Assembly (NCBI GenBank): GCA_002269645.1
Contig: NIVC01001548.1
Span: 62,001 to 126,000, forward strand
Origin: Macrostomum lignano
Lineage: Eukaryota
Reading direction: 5' to 3'
Length of the DNA: 64,000 nucleotides
The notes under the pieces were generated by a model. It saw only the letters and a program-made list of their open reading frames with translations, did not search any database and was not told the origin of the DNA. Each line of letters begins with the position of its first letter. Within the stretch, counting starts at the first letter, position 1. The position numbers and the translations under genes were made by a program. Below are positions 27,448 through 57,987 of this stretch, in pieces.

Positions 27448-29129
27448 GATTTCTGCCCCTAGAAGGACTCAGGAAACGAGGATGCAGCGGACGAGGAGGA
27501 TGAGGAGGAGGAAAGGAATTAGGGATCAGAGCCGCTACAGTCGCCCCAGCCACTGGTCAAACAGATATCCCTTTCGCTGAGCAGAGCTCAAGATCGATAT
27601 TGGCGCAGCCTGTGTTTGAGTCCGATGAGCTTTCATCACGGTGTGAATGCTGCTGCGAGTGGGTGAGCGATGCTAGGATTGCGTGAATGATTTTGGATAC
27701 TTCTTCGAGTGTGTGAATGAGTTATGCTAGGTTGTGAATGATGAAGGGTGTGTGTGAATTTTGCGGGGATTGTGTGAGCATTGCGGAGAGTGTGTGAACT
27801 ATGCGTGAATGAAGCCCATGTAGATTTTGCAGTGCCATATATAAGCTTCTTAAAATGACCAGCGTGTGAAAAACCCAATGTTCACACGCATGGCAGTCTA
27901 CTTTTTTCAGTAGACTATCGCATGTCTTATCGTTTGTTTTTTCTATAAAATAAATCAATTATATTTATTTTTATGCGGGCGTACTGTGTTTTTTGTAGTC
28001 AGAGAATGAGCTTGTTTTTACAACCAAGTTCACGGATGTGGCAGTCAAGTTTTTGCTAAATAATCCATTTATTTGAAATTAATAATTCATTATTTAAAAT
28101 CAATGAGTTGGCTTGCTGTTTCATTCGGATAGATCACTGCTGGGTTAAAGTAAGATATTAATATTTACTCTTTATATTTTTGGAAATTTGCAATCTGACA
28201 CAATGCTGACTCATTGAGCCTGTGACGGGCTGCCACAGCGCGGGACAGGCAGAGGCCCGGGACTCGGCGGGGTTAACAACTCCTCGCTGCGTTTGAATTA
28301 GTTTAATTTGGCGCGCTATTGACATCAAAGTATAACAACAGCAGCAAGAGAAGTATTAATTATAACTGATTGCAGGTGTGATTATAGCGAAACCTGGGCA
28401 AAATGCAATAAGATGTTCCTTTCGGGGCTTGTGGAGTCTTCGGGAGTTCGGGAGAAAACTGATGAACTCAAACTGCTCATCAGATGCATGCGAGCTGCAC
28501 GTGACTGTTATTGATTGCAGGGAAATTGGTGCAGTAACGGCGAAAGGAAAGTTGATGAATCATTATTACAAGTAGCTCGTATTTATTAGCAGCAAAGAAA
28601 AATATGAAACTATAACTTATACTTGGCGCATTGATTGTCCTGGCTAAGAGCGGACCGGCTTGGGGAGGGGGGGGACAGAGAGGCGGCGAGGGACAGCAAA
28701 CAGCCTGTCACCTGGCGCCACCTGTCAGCTGATTGTGGTTCCTCCGGTGATGATGCTGGTGATGCTGGCGCCGGGCCAGGTCGGCTCCAACTGAGTTTTT
28801 GCGGTTGGCGCCGCGGCCGTGGCTTTCCACCATCTGGTAGAACTGGATCTTGTTCTGCAGCAGGGGTTGGCCGGTTCTTCATTAGGAAGCTGTCATCTCT
28901 ACTATTAGTAGGCTGATAAAGCAGAGGAGAAACAACACCGGAGAAACGGCATGCAAACCGCAGAGCAAGCGGCACGTCAGTTCTGCCTACCGTGCGATTA
29001 AAGCCGCTGTTTTGTTTAAGTTTCTGCTTCTGCTCCCGTGTTGTGCCGCCCGTTGAAGCTGGCAGTCGGCTGCACCAGGCGGCATGCTGGGGCAGCGGGT
29101 GCAGCGGTCTCCGGGTTTGTAGGTTGAAG

Positions 29130-29622
29130 GCGGGCAGTGCAGTCGGGGCAGTGGGCAGTGCAGTCGGGGCAGTGGGCAGTGCAGTCGGGACAGTGAGCAG
29201 TGCAATCGGGGCAGTGGGCAGTGCAATCGGGGCAGTAGGCAGTGCAATCGGGGCAGTGGGCAGTGCAATCGGGGCAGTAGGCAGTGCAATCAAGGCAGTA
29301 GGGCAGTGCAATCGGGGTAGTGGGCAGTGCAATCGGGGCAGTGGGCAGTGCAATCGGGGCAGTGGGCAGTGCAATCGGAGCAGTGGGCAGTGCAATCGGG
29401 GCAGTGGGCAGTGCAATCGGGGCAGTGGGGCAGTGCAATCGGGGCAGTGGGCAGTGCAATCGGGGCAGTGGGGCAGTGCAATCGGGGCAGTGGGCAGTGC
29501 AATCGGGGCAGTGGGCAGTGCAATCGGGGCAGTGGGCAGTGCAATCGGGGCAGTGCAATCGGGGCAGTGGGCAGTGCAATCGGGGCAGTGCAATCGGGGC
29601 AGTGGGCAGTGGGCAGTGCAGT
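29130..29622. repeat. About 21-bp minisatellite (GGGCAGTGCAATCGGGGCAGT)n just downstream of the channel stop codon
   Basis: Visible units. Confidence 0.92.
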
Positions 29623-29649
29623 CGGGCCGCCACCAGCAGCCGCAGGTCG

Positions 29650-47157
<17,508 letters not shown>

Positions 47158-47849
47158 TTGCGAGAGGAAGGGGAGAGTAGAAAGCAGCAGCAGCAGCAGC
47201 AGACGGCGGGCGGCAGCGGACGGCGCACTTTGGCCGGCGGGGGCGGCAGCCAAATGCCAGCGGGGCTGCGCGGAGTGCGCAGAGTGCGCGCAATACTGGG
47301 GGAGGGGAATCATTTTTATGCTGGGGGGGGGGGGGGGCGGAAGGACAGCAAAAGTCTGTCTGTTATTGCACTTTCCGCACTAATATTGCTCTATTGCTGG
47401 GTCCGGTGCGGGGGGCCGGAGAGCAAGGGGCGGAAGATCCGCATATCCGCGGCATGGATGACTAAAGGTGAAGCCAATTAGGCCCGTGGGCTGACCGAGT
47501 AGGGACGGCGGGTTGCCAGCAACACCTTAGCGTTATTTATTAGTAACTTTTGTAGGCACTTGGGATACACAGCGAGGAGGCCTGCATCCTGAGATTTTGA
47601 CCTCTGTCCCTCCTCGGCCACAGGCGCCTGTCTGTTTAAATTAATCTGCAGCGTATTGAAGAGGGACGACAGCCTTGGGAACGGGATGCTGTGAAATAGA
47701 GAGGAAGGCAGAGAGAAAGGGAGAGAGTGGATGGGAGATTGTTGGCAAAAGACGTTGCGCCAGGGACTTATTATAATTATAATTTATTGCTTCTGGAATT
47801 AGTATTATTATTATTGAAGGGGAGTCCAGAGATAGACAGCGGTAAAAGG

Positions 47850-48275
47850 AGATAGAGAGAGGGGAAGGAAGACACAGAGGGGGAAGGGAGACACAGAGAG
47901 GGGAAGGGAGACACAGAGAGGGGAAGGAAGACACAGAGGGGGGAAGGGAGACACAGAGAGGGGAAGGGAAACACAGAGAGGGGAAGGAAGACACAGAGGG
48001 GGGAAGGGAGACACAGAGAGGGGAAGGGAAACACAGAGAGGGGAAGGGAAACACAGAGGGGGGAAGGGAGACACAGAGAGGGGAAGGGAGACACAGAGAG
48101 GGGAAGGGAGACACAGAGAGGGGAAGGGAGACACAGAGAGGGGAAGGGAGACACAGAGAGGGGAAGGGAGACACAGAGAGGGGAAGGGAGACACAGAGAG
48201 GGGAAGGGAGACACAGAGAGGGGAAGGGAGACACAGAGAGGGGAAGGGAGACACAGAGAGGGGAAGGGAGACAGA
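47850..48275. repeat. 20-bp minisatellite (GGGGAAGGGAGACACAGAGA)n
   Basis: Visible units. Confidence 0.93.
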
Positions 48276-49499
48276 GTGAGAGGCGGAGAGCCGCGCTGCT
48301 GAGGGCGGCAGCAGGCAGAGCTCTCAAAGGTCTCCCAGTGCCACTCCAGCTCGTTTCCCGCATTTCGGCTCGCTTTGAGCAGCCGCCCGGCGCGCCAGTT
48401 CAGGCGAGAGGCGAGGGGGAAAACAACAGCCGAGCTGAGCTGATGAGGCCCAGCTGGCAGCCCCGACCTGGCGGCAAGCAAATGCGGGGATTCGGCACAG
48501 CTGCCTGCAGTGATGCGGGCAGGGCCGGGCCACAGCAATTTATCCCGCGGGGAAATTCTATATTTGACCATATTTGTTACTTCGAATAGATATATTCGAA
48601 TTTCAATCGATAAAGTGCATTTCATGCCGAGCTGTAAAAGAATCGATCAGACCCTTCTCTCTCGTATGCATTGCCTTCAAGATAAGTTTGCTACTCTACA
48701 TATCGGTAGTTCAGAAAAGCCTGAGAGGATTATTCTCCCCCCCCCCACCACCTATTCTCCTCTGTTGCTCACCAATTCCTTCATCTATTTGGCATCGAAG
48801 CTACAAGGGCTGGGAAAGCCAAACCGCCGGGTCAGACAGAGCCCCTGCAGCGGCTGAGCATTTATGCAAATCTGCTTTGGCGGGCCAAATTAATTTAGCT
48901 CAGGAGAGCGGCTGAGATACCGCCGCTCATTCATGGGTTGGCGATCCAATTTGAAGGCCATCTGCCGCGCATACAGGCTGAGCTTGCCAAACTGGCAGCA
49001 ATTACTGCAGTACTCCCGGATCACGGCAGGGAAAACACAGTTTGAGCATAGCGGCGGGGAGAAGTAGACAAGGGCTGCGAGAGTCCAAGGCTGGGCGGGA
49101 ATGCTGAACTGTAATTATGCATGAGGCCGGACTGCATCGGTGCCAGGAAGGAAGCTGGACTGACGGGGACACCGTGGTAGCTGCGGCAGCCCAGGCTCAC
49201 CCACGCACTGCTAATCCTAATCCTTCCCGCTCTTCCCGTTCAAGCTGTGGGCCAACTTTTCCCTAATGATTGAAAATTAGTTTTCATTAGACGCTTCAGT
49301 CGCTTGTTTCTAGGCAAACAGTTCTCAAGCACTGGGAGTTCTTTTTATTGCGGGAACAAAGAATTTTTGCTAGGGCAAATCTGGAAGTTCGCCGCGACTC
49401 CTCGCTTGTTCCCCAGTGCTCAGGAGAATTCCACTGCCTAAAACATCTTTTTGGACTTTCAAATGCGCCAAAAGCTAAGGACAAGGCGCCAAGATTAAT

Positions 49500-51270
49500 T
49501 CCCGGGGCGCCAAGGAGATTAGTTACTAGGGTACCAAGAAGATGAGTTGCCGGGGCGCCAAGGAGAAAAGTTCCCAGGGCCCCACCAAGATGAGTTCCCG
49601 GGGCGCCAAGGAGATAAGTTGCTGGGGCGCCAAGGAGATGAGTTCCCGGGGCGCCAAGGAGATGAGTTCCCGGGGCGCCAAGGAGATAAGTTGCTGGGGC
49701 GCCAAGGAGATGAGTTCCCGGGGCGCCAAGGAGATGAGTTCCCGGGGCGCCAAGAAGATGAGTTCCCGGGGCGCCAAGGAGATGAGTTCCCGGGGCGCCA
49801 AGGAGATGAGTTCCCGGGGCGCCAAGGAGATGAGTTCCCTGGGCGCCAACGAGATGAGTTCCCGGGGCGCCAGTTCCCGGGGCGCCAAGGAGATGAGTTC
49901 CCGGGGCGCCAAGAAGATGAGTTCCCTGGGCGCCAAGGAGATGAGTTCCCTGGGCGCCAAGGAGATGAGTTCCCTGGGCGCCAAGGAGATGAGTTCCCTG
50001 GGCGCCAAGGAGATAAGTTCCCAGGGCCCCACCAAGATGAGTTCCCGGGGCGCCAAGGAGATAAGTTGCTGGGGCGCCAGGAGATGAGTTCTCGGGGCGC
50101 CAAGGAGATGAGTTCCCGGGGCGCCAAGGAGATGAGTTCCCGGGGCGCCAAGAAGATGAGTTCCCTGGGCGCCAAGGAGATGAGTTCCCGGGGCGCCAAG
50201 GAGATGAGTTCCCAGGGCCCCACCAAGATGAGTTCCCGGGGCGCCAAGGAGATAAGTTGCTGGGCGCCAAGGAGATGAGTTCCCGGGCGCCAAGGAGATG
50301 AGTTCCCTGGGCGCCAAGAAGATAAGTTCCCTGGGCGCCAACGAGATGAGTTCCCGGGGCGCCAAGGAGATGAGTTCCCGGGGCGCCAAGGAGATGAGTT
50401 CCCTGGGCGTCAAGGAGATGAGTTCCCTGGGCGCCAAGGAGATGAGTTCCCGGGGCGCCAAGGAGATAAGTTCCCAGGGCCCCACCAAGATGAGTTCCCG
50501 GTGCGCCAAGGAGATAAGTTGCTGGGGCGCCAAGGAGATGAGTTCCCGGGGCGCCAAGGAGATGAGTTCCCGGGGCGCCAAGAAGATGAGTTCCCGGGGC
50601 GCCAAGGAGATGAGTTCCCAGGGCCCCACCAAGATGAGTTCCCGGGGCGCCAAGGAGATAAGTTGCTGGGGCGCCAAGGAGATGAGTTCCCGGGGCGCCA
50701 AGGAGATGAGTTCCCTGGGCGCCAAGAAGATAAGTTCCCTGGGCGCCAACGAGATGAGTTCCCTGGGCGCCAAGGAGATGAGTTCCCGGGGCGCCAAGGA
50801 GATGAGTTCCCTGGGCGTCAAGGAGATGAGTTCCCTGGGCGCCAAGGAGATGAGTTCCCGGGGCGCCAAGGAGATAAGTTCCCAGGGCCCCACCAAGATG
50901 AGTTCCCGGTGCGCCAAGGAGATAAGTTGCTGGGGCGCCAAGGAGATGAGTTCCCGGGGCGCCAAGAAGATAAGTTCCCTGGGCGCCAAGGAGATGAGTT
51001 CCCGGGGCGCCAAGGAGATGAGTTCCCGGGGCGCCAAGGAGATGAGTTCCCTGGGCGCCAACGAGATGAGTTCCCCGGGGCGCCAAGGAGATGAGTTCCC
51101 GGGGCGCCAAGGAGATGAGTTCCCGGGGCGCCAAGGAGATGAGTTCCCTGGGCGCCAAGGAGATGAGTTCCCGGGGCGCCAAGGAGATGAGTTCCCAGGG
51201 CCCCACCAAGATGAGTTCCCAGGGCGCCAAGGAGATGAGTTCCCGGGGCGCCAAAAAGATTGGTTCCCGG
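49500..51270. repeat. 24-bp minisatellite (GGGCGCCAAGGAGATGAGTTCCCG)n with higher-order variant blocks
   Basis: Visible units; the variant CCCAGGGCCCCACCAAG recurs periodically. Confidence 0.95.
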
Positions 51271-51714
51271 GGCTACTGTCCATACTGGCGCCTGAAAATT
51301 ACTGTTCCATCCTCACAGCAAACTACGAGCTGAGGAAAAGTACAACGGACTCCCCTACATGTGCGAAATCCCCGTGGGCATCTCTGCCTGAGTGAGTCTG
51401 TGAGTGTTCCCCAACTTTATCCAGAGTACCAGTAAATATTAATTGATGCTCAGATTGCTGCGACTTTACTCACGCATTTTATCCGAATTCGAAGTCCCGA
51501 TTCCCGAGTTCAATTCTCAGTAGCTTAACCCCGCTCAAGAGTCCCGAATTCAGTCCCGCTCAAGAGTCTCGAAATCAGTCCCGCTCAGGAGTCCCGAATT
51601 TAATCCCGCTCAAGAGTCCCGAATTCAGTCCCGCTCAAGAGTCTCGACTTCTCAGTCCAATCCAACAGTACAAATTTGACGTCAGCTCAGCCTCCCACCG
51701 CCCGCGGGCCTCAC

Positions 51715-51777
51715 CGTGATGAAGGTCATGGAGCTGTTCTGCCTGCCAATTTGCACAAGCCGTGGCCGGTGCTGCAT
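51715..51777 (-). CDS. Candidate alternative 5' coding exon of the channel (MQHRPRLVQIGRQNSSMTFIT)
   Basis: gccATG start; ends ACG|GTGAGG in phase 0, compatible with the exon 44364 acceptor. No transcript support available. Confidence 0.4.
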
Positions 51778-52425
51778 GGCTGCGCAGTTCGGGGAGGCCA
51801 GGAGGAGAAGACTGGCCGCAGCTCTGAGGCTAATGAGCTGCTTGGGTCTCTCGATTCTTTTTGACATCCTTGAGCTGGGATGGGGATGGCTCAGCCCCCC
51901 CCCCCTGCTCCCAGCATCAATGATCGACTCCAGGCAGCCAATCGCCGGCTGTGGCGTGGGAGGTGGAACTGAGTGGCGAGCCAGCGGGTGGTCTGGCAGC
52001 TCTGCTCCCATCGGCCGCCAGAGGACCCTGAAGGGTGCGATGACCGAATGCTCATAAATGGAGGCCCGGCAATAAATTATTAAACTGCATGAAGAGCGCG
52101 CGGCCAGCCTGCGCCGAAAACTTTGCGCCAAGTCGGCGTTGCCGACCCCACGTGGTTGACAAACACACCGGCTTTTCCCGGGATTCTGGCGTGATTTATG
52201 CTCTGCTTGCCGCGCTTAGCTGGCGATGCTGATCCGGGATGCCCAGCCTGGAGTGAGGCGCAGCGCGCTGTCACAGCTGGGGCATTGGGAGAAAAAATTG
52301 AGCAATTCAAGGCTGCCTCCCATCTTCTTCCGCTTAGGGTTGGGGAGGGGAGGGGGGAACTCACCGGAGCTCATCCGGAACGGGCAGCTGCTCGGGTTAT
52401 TAATTAGAGTGGTGCCGGTGACCTT

Positions 52426-52652
52426 CTGACTGACTGACTGACTGACTGACTGACTGACTGACTGACTGACTGACTGACTGACTGACTGACTGACTGACTG
52501 ACTGACTGACTGACTGACTGACTGACTGACTGACTGACTGACTGACTGACTGACTGACTGACTGACTGACTGACTGACTGACTGACTGATTGACTGACTG
52601 ACTGACTGACTGACTGACTGACTGACTGACTGACTGACTGACTGACTGACTG
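52426..52652. repeat. (CTGA)n microsatellite
   Basis: Visible run. Confidence 0.95.
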
Positions 52653-53651
52653 AAAGTAGATATGACAGTATCTGTATCTGAACTTGTATTTTTGACATTC
52701 AAAACAGGCAACTTCCCAAAGCAGAAGCATCCCAAGCAGAGTCCCTCTCAGGATGATGGATAGGGCTGAGCACAGAATGGATGAATAGGCGATGAGGGAG
52801 CTGGCGGAGTCTGGATGGATTATTTTGTCCAGAAACGAAAGCAAAAGCTCCAGAAGATAAAAGCAATGAGAACTAACATATACGCTCGTATGAGAAATTA
52901 TACATATATGAGAAGCAGACTGAATGCTTTCGAGTTTCGAATAAAGAGAGAAGGCCGTCAGTCTAGAACAAGCAGGACTGTTGATTGTGTGTGAGTTTAT
53001 TTTGGCTACAGCAGAATGCGGCCTGTGGTTTACTTGGGCAGACAAGCTGCGTAAATATCTTCAATACCATGTTCACAAGAAAATGAAATGATTTGAGTTT
53101 GTGTCTATACATTTTGAGATGATCTGAAATCACAAATATGAGGGAATTTCATATGAGATTGAGTATAATAGATTGGGTATAATAAATTACAATGTCCTCA
53201 TAGTTCGATTGATAGAAAAGAAATTTCGGAGAGCCTCTCGACCCCTTAATTTCTCTCCGGTATCCTGAGAACCCTAACTGACTCGCCACAGCGGACATGA
53301 GTAGTATTGCGTGAGCATGCGTCCATTTTTTTCCGGACAAAATTGCTGGATAACTTGAAGAGCTGTGCTGACTGCTAGTGGGGCCTTCCAGCTTCTGGCA
53401 TGGCCATCTCTCCATCCCCCAGCAACTTAGATTTGTCACGCCCGGCCGCACTTCTCAGGCCTGCTCTCGGGGATGGAGAAGCCAACCCCCGGACTCAAGG
53501 CGGCCGTGATCTCAACTCGATCGAGCGCTCTCTCATCGTTGCCACTGCTGGGATTGACCTGTGCTTGGCAACGGTGATTCGTTGAAGAGAGGGACTTTTT
53601 TATGGAGATGCGAAATTCCAAGTGAGGGAGAGCTGTAGAGACGGAGAGGAA

Positions 53652-54635
53652 GTAAGAGTGAGAGCGAGAGAGTGAGAGCGAGAGAGTGAGAGTGAGAGAG
53701 TGAGAGCGAGAGAGTGAGAGCGGGAGAGTGAGAGCGAGAGAGTGAGAGCGAGAGAGTGAGAGCGAAAAGGTGAGAGTGAGAGAGTGAGAGCGAGAGAGTG
53801 AGAGCGGGAGAGTGAGAGCGAGAGAGTGAGAGCGAGAGAGTGAGAGCGAAAAGGTGAGAGTGAGAGAGTGAGAGCGAGAGAGTGAGAGCGAGAGAGTGAG
53901 AGCGAGAGAGTGAGAGCGAAAAGGTGAGAGCGAGAGAGTGAGAGTGAGAGAGCGAGAGCGAGAGAGGGAGAGCGAGAGAGTGAGAGCGAGAGTTGAGAGC
54001 GAGAGAGTGAGAGCGAAAAGGTGAGAGTGAGAGAGTGAGAGCGAGAGAGTGAGAGCGAAAAGGTGAGAGTGAGAGAGTGAGAGCAAGAGAGTGAGAGCGG
54101 GAGAGTGAGAGCGAGAGAGTGAGAGCGAGAGAGTGAAAGCGAAAAGGTGAGAGTGAGAGAGTGAGAGCGAGAGAGTGAGAGCGAGAGAGTGAGAGCGAGA
54201 GAGTGAGAGCGAAAAGGTGAGAGCGAGAGAGTGAGAGTGAGAGAGCGAGAGCGAGAGAGGGAGAGCGAGAGAGTGAGAGCGAGAGTTGAGAGCGAGAGAG
54301 TGAGAGCGAAAAGGTGAGAGTGAGAGAGTGAGAGCGAGAGAGTGAGAGCGAAAAGGTGAGAGTGAGAGAGTGAGAGCGAGAGAGTGAGAGCGAGAGAGTG
54401 AGAGCGAGAGAGTGAGAGCGAGAGAGTGAGAGCGAGAGAGTGAGAGCGAGAGAGTGAGAGCGAGAGAGTGAGAGCGAAAAGGTGAGAGTGAGAGAGTGAG
54501 AGCGAGAGAGTGAGAGCGAGAGAGTGAGAGCGAAAAGGTGAGAGCGAGAGAGTGAGAGTGAGAGAGCGAGAGCGAGAGAGGGAGAGCGAGAGAGCGTGAG
54601 CGAGAGAGGGAGAGAGAGCGAGAGCGAAAGAGGGA
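53652..54635. repeat. About 12-bp purine-rich repeat (GAGAGTGAGAGC)n with higher-order blocks
   Basis: Visible run. Confidence 0.93.
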
Positions 54636-55254
54636 GAGAGAATTGTAGCAGACAGAGCGCCAAAGTGGAGGTCACTGATCAGTCGGACACAATGACAAAA
54701 TGCGATTACATAAAACCTGCATTCACATTGAGAAAAGAAGAGATCGGGGATCCCCCAGGTAATCACTGTGCCGAAGGGCTTGTCACGTAATTAAACTCAT
54801 AATCTGGCACAAGGTGGGTGTGACTCATCCTTTGCCACTGCGATGCAGACTCATGTGCCTGGTATTTCGGCGCATCGGAAGGCTACTTCATAAAAATAAA
54901 CTTTATAGTTTAAAGCAGGCCTGTGAAAGCAGAGGCAATCAGCGCTGCAAACCAGACAAGGAGCCCTTAATTATATCCGCACACGGGCAGCCGGATGGGG
55001 AGCCATAGCCAGAGGATGGGGCGCCGCTCCCTGTGAGCGCCATTTATCACCGCGTGGCGATGCGGGCGCTTAATGTAATCAGATTCAATATTGCACTGGC
55101 TTGAACTGCAAACAGACAGAGAGTTGGGGCTGGGCTGTGTCTGGATAAATACACGCATTCGCATCAGCCCGCAGTGCAGCCGCTGTAGCGTGGCAGGCTA
55201 GAATGGATTGCCGACTCGAACTGGGAGAGGGGAGAGGAAGTGAACGAAACACAT

Positions 55255-55470
55255 TGAGGTAGATGTAGAGAGGGAGACAGAAGGGTAGATGCAGAGGGGA
55301 GACAGAAGGGTAGATGCAGAGGGGAGACAGAAGGGTAGATGCAGAGGGGAGACAGAAGGGTAGATGCAGAGGGGAGACAGAAGGGTAGATGCAGAGGGGA
55401 GACAGAAGGGTAGATGCAGAGGGAGACAGAAGGGTAGATGCAGAGACAGAGAGAAGAGACGGGGAAGGTA
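55255..55470. repeat. 25-bp minisatellite (GAGGGGAGACAGAAGGGTAGATGCA)n
   Basis: Visible units. Confidence 0.9.
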
Positions 55471-56329
55471 GATGCAGATAGAGGAGATAAGGGAGATGAA
55501 GAGGCGCACACGCAGGCACAGAAGACAAAATGAAATTTCAAATTTCATATTAGAAAGCAGCTACAAGACTGGCAGTTTCCCATGTGGAGGGAGTGGAGCG
55601 CCCAGGCAGGAAACATCTTACTTGGGAAGTCCGATTAATCGCAATCATAACAGTTTGGGATTTAATCTCAAATCCCAAGCGGATGTCAGCGGCAGTCTCC
55701 TCCCTACTGGATCGGCACTTCCGCTGCGGCGCCTATTTAGGGGGGGGGGTCATCTACGCCAGTTCGGCGGGGGTTTAGAGAGACCAGGCCCGATTCGAGG
55801 CTGTCACTCGGGCGCGGATTTGGCATGGGACCAGTTGCTACGCGATTTGCATTTTTTATTTCCTGGGCGAGGCCGGAAGCATAAACGGGACAGCGAGGAT
55901 TGCCGGGGCGAGCAGCTGGAGCTGACGGGAGCGGAGCAGAGAGGGATTGCAGAGCTGGGGAGGGTGTCCACAGGAATATCTGAAGTCTGGTGAGGCTGTC
56001 CAAGTACTCAGAGGTATTGTAAAGCTGGGAAAGGTGGCCAGAGGCCTGGGTCCGTGTTTAAATACACCGAGGGGCGTCCAAAGGCTTGGAGAGTCGTCTA
56101 GAGACAGCGCGGGTATCCAAAGGTTCTAAGGGGTGTCTATAGACAGGGAGGAGGATGTCCAAGGGCTGTCCAAGGTGAGGAGGGGAATGCTGTCCTGTCC
56201 AAGGTGAGGAGGAGGTGAGGTGTGGAATGGACCAAGGTGAGGGATGTCCATAGGCTCCGTGGGGTGCCTAAATTCAGTGAGGGTTATCCAAAGGTTCTAA
56301 GGGGTGTCTATAGACAGGGAGGATGTCCA

Positions 56330-56800
56330 AAGGGCTGTCCAATGTGAGGTGGGGAATGCTGTCCAAGGTGAGGTGGGGAATGCTGTCCAAGGTGAGGTGG
56401 GGAATGCTGTCCAAGGTGAGGTGGGGAATGCTGTCCAAGGTGAGGTGGGGAATGCTGTCCAAGGTGAGGTGGGGAATGCTGTCCAAGGTGAGGTGGGGAA
56501 TGCTGTCCAAGGTGAGGTGGGGAATGCTGTCCAAGGTGAGGTGGGGAATGCTGTCCAAGGTGAGGTGGGGAATGGTGTCTGTCCAAGGTGAGGTGGGGAA
56601 TGCTGTCCAAGGTGAGGTGGGGAATGCTGTCCAAGGTGAGGTGGGGAATGCTGTCCAAGGTGAGGTGGGGAATGCTGTCCAAGGTGAGGTGGGGAATGCT
56701 GTCCAAGGTGAGGTGGGGAGTGCTGTCCAAGGTGAGGTGGGGAATGCTGTCCAAGGTGAGGTGGGGAGTGTCCAAGGTGAGGTATGCTGTCCAAGGTGAG
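56330..56800. repeat. 24-bp minisatellite (GTCCAAGGTGAGGTGGGGAATGCT)n inside a larger local duplication
   Basis: Visible units; flanks 56231-56291 and 56808-56868 are near-identical. Confidence 0.9.
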
Positions 56801-57882
56801 GATGGACTAAGGTGAGGGATGTCCATAGGCTCCGTGGGGTGCCTTAATTCAGTGAGGGGTATCCAAAAAGCTCGGAAAGTTGTTCAAGTCAGGAAGGGTT
56901 GCCTGGGCAGATCCCGAGAAGCTTCAGAAGCTCCCGGGAAGAGCGAGGACGCAGCCCCCCCCCGCCCGGTCTGGTTGACCCCCAGCCTCGCGCGCACTGA
57001 TTCGTGTCAGTCCCATATAAAAATATGAGACGGTTAGCAGCAGAGTCTCCCCCGGGCATCTCAAGGTAAAGCGCATCAGGGCGCCGTGACCAAAGAATTG
57101 CATTTGATTCGGAACCGAAGCCGGGGCTGAAAGCACCTGTCCAGGTGATGGATAAGTCGTGTTCTTCTGTCTCGGGGGAGTGGGTAAACCTGTTGGCTCA
57201 TGGAGGTTTTCGCTCCCTCACCTGAGGCCCTGCACACAACTGCCACTGGAGGCAGGTGGGGATCCGGGAGGAGGAGGAGGGCGATGCTGATTGAGATCTG
57301 AAATCCATTTCTGTTGCTTGCTCGGTCTCCCAGAATCTCCAGGCCTGAGCCGCCATTCGCAACATCAAAGTCTAGAAATTGGCCAAGCGAACTCAGTTGT
57401 AATGAGCTCTGCTACTACTTTGCTTTGGAGTGCTCAGATATTTATCAATGGCTGGCTGAGAGGGAAAAAGGACTCGAGACAGTCTTATCCCCTACTACAG
57501 ATGTAGGGGAAGGCTGACCTGACAGCTCACACAGGAGGGTGTACAACGGCCCGAGTTTCTTATCGTCAGGGCTTGTCAACCGTCTGTGCCTTCGCAAGAC
57601 AAGCCCTTGAAGTACTCCTCCAGTTAGAAGTGCACTAAGTACTGTTAATCGCTATTGACGAACAAGCGAAAAGGCATGCAAAATAAAAATATAAAACTAG
57701 TTCGATAGCAAAAGCCGGCAACTTTTGCCCTTGTTAGTCGGGCTGGATCTCACGGCGCATTGCAGTTTCTAAGGCTAGAAAAAAACTTTCTGAAGACTAA
57801 CTGCTCATCTACTGGGGCTAGTAGGCTGGACGGGTTCCATGCCACCAGCAGACAGGCGGGCTAGCGGTCAGCAGCCACTTAC

Positions 57883-57987
57883 ATAGTAGGACGTGGAGGT
57901 CGGCAGCTGCCGCTTGGGCCTGCCGTAGCCGCTGCCCGACCGCTTCGGCGTTTTTCCGTAGGCCAGCATCGACCTAGAGAAGTTCAT
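57883..57987 (-). CDS. Candidate alternative first coding exon of the channel (MNFSRSMLAYGKTPKRSGSGYGRPKRQLPTSTSYY)
   Basis: caaATG start (same context as the 47157 exon); ends TAT|GTAAGT, a perfect donor, in phase 0. Confidence 0.5.

Noticed and set aside
28640-28900. GC-rich minus-strand stretch as an extra channel or GT31 exon
   Set aside because: No recognisable domain and no convincing acceptor/donor pair in a compatible frame.
49296-51395. Very long ORFs (up to 652 aa) on both strands
   Set aside because: Translations of a 24-bp minisatellite, open in many frames; the same applies to the other repeat-derived ORFs in the track.
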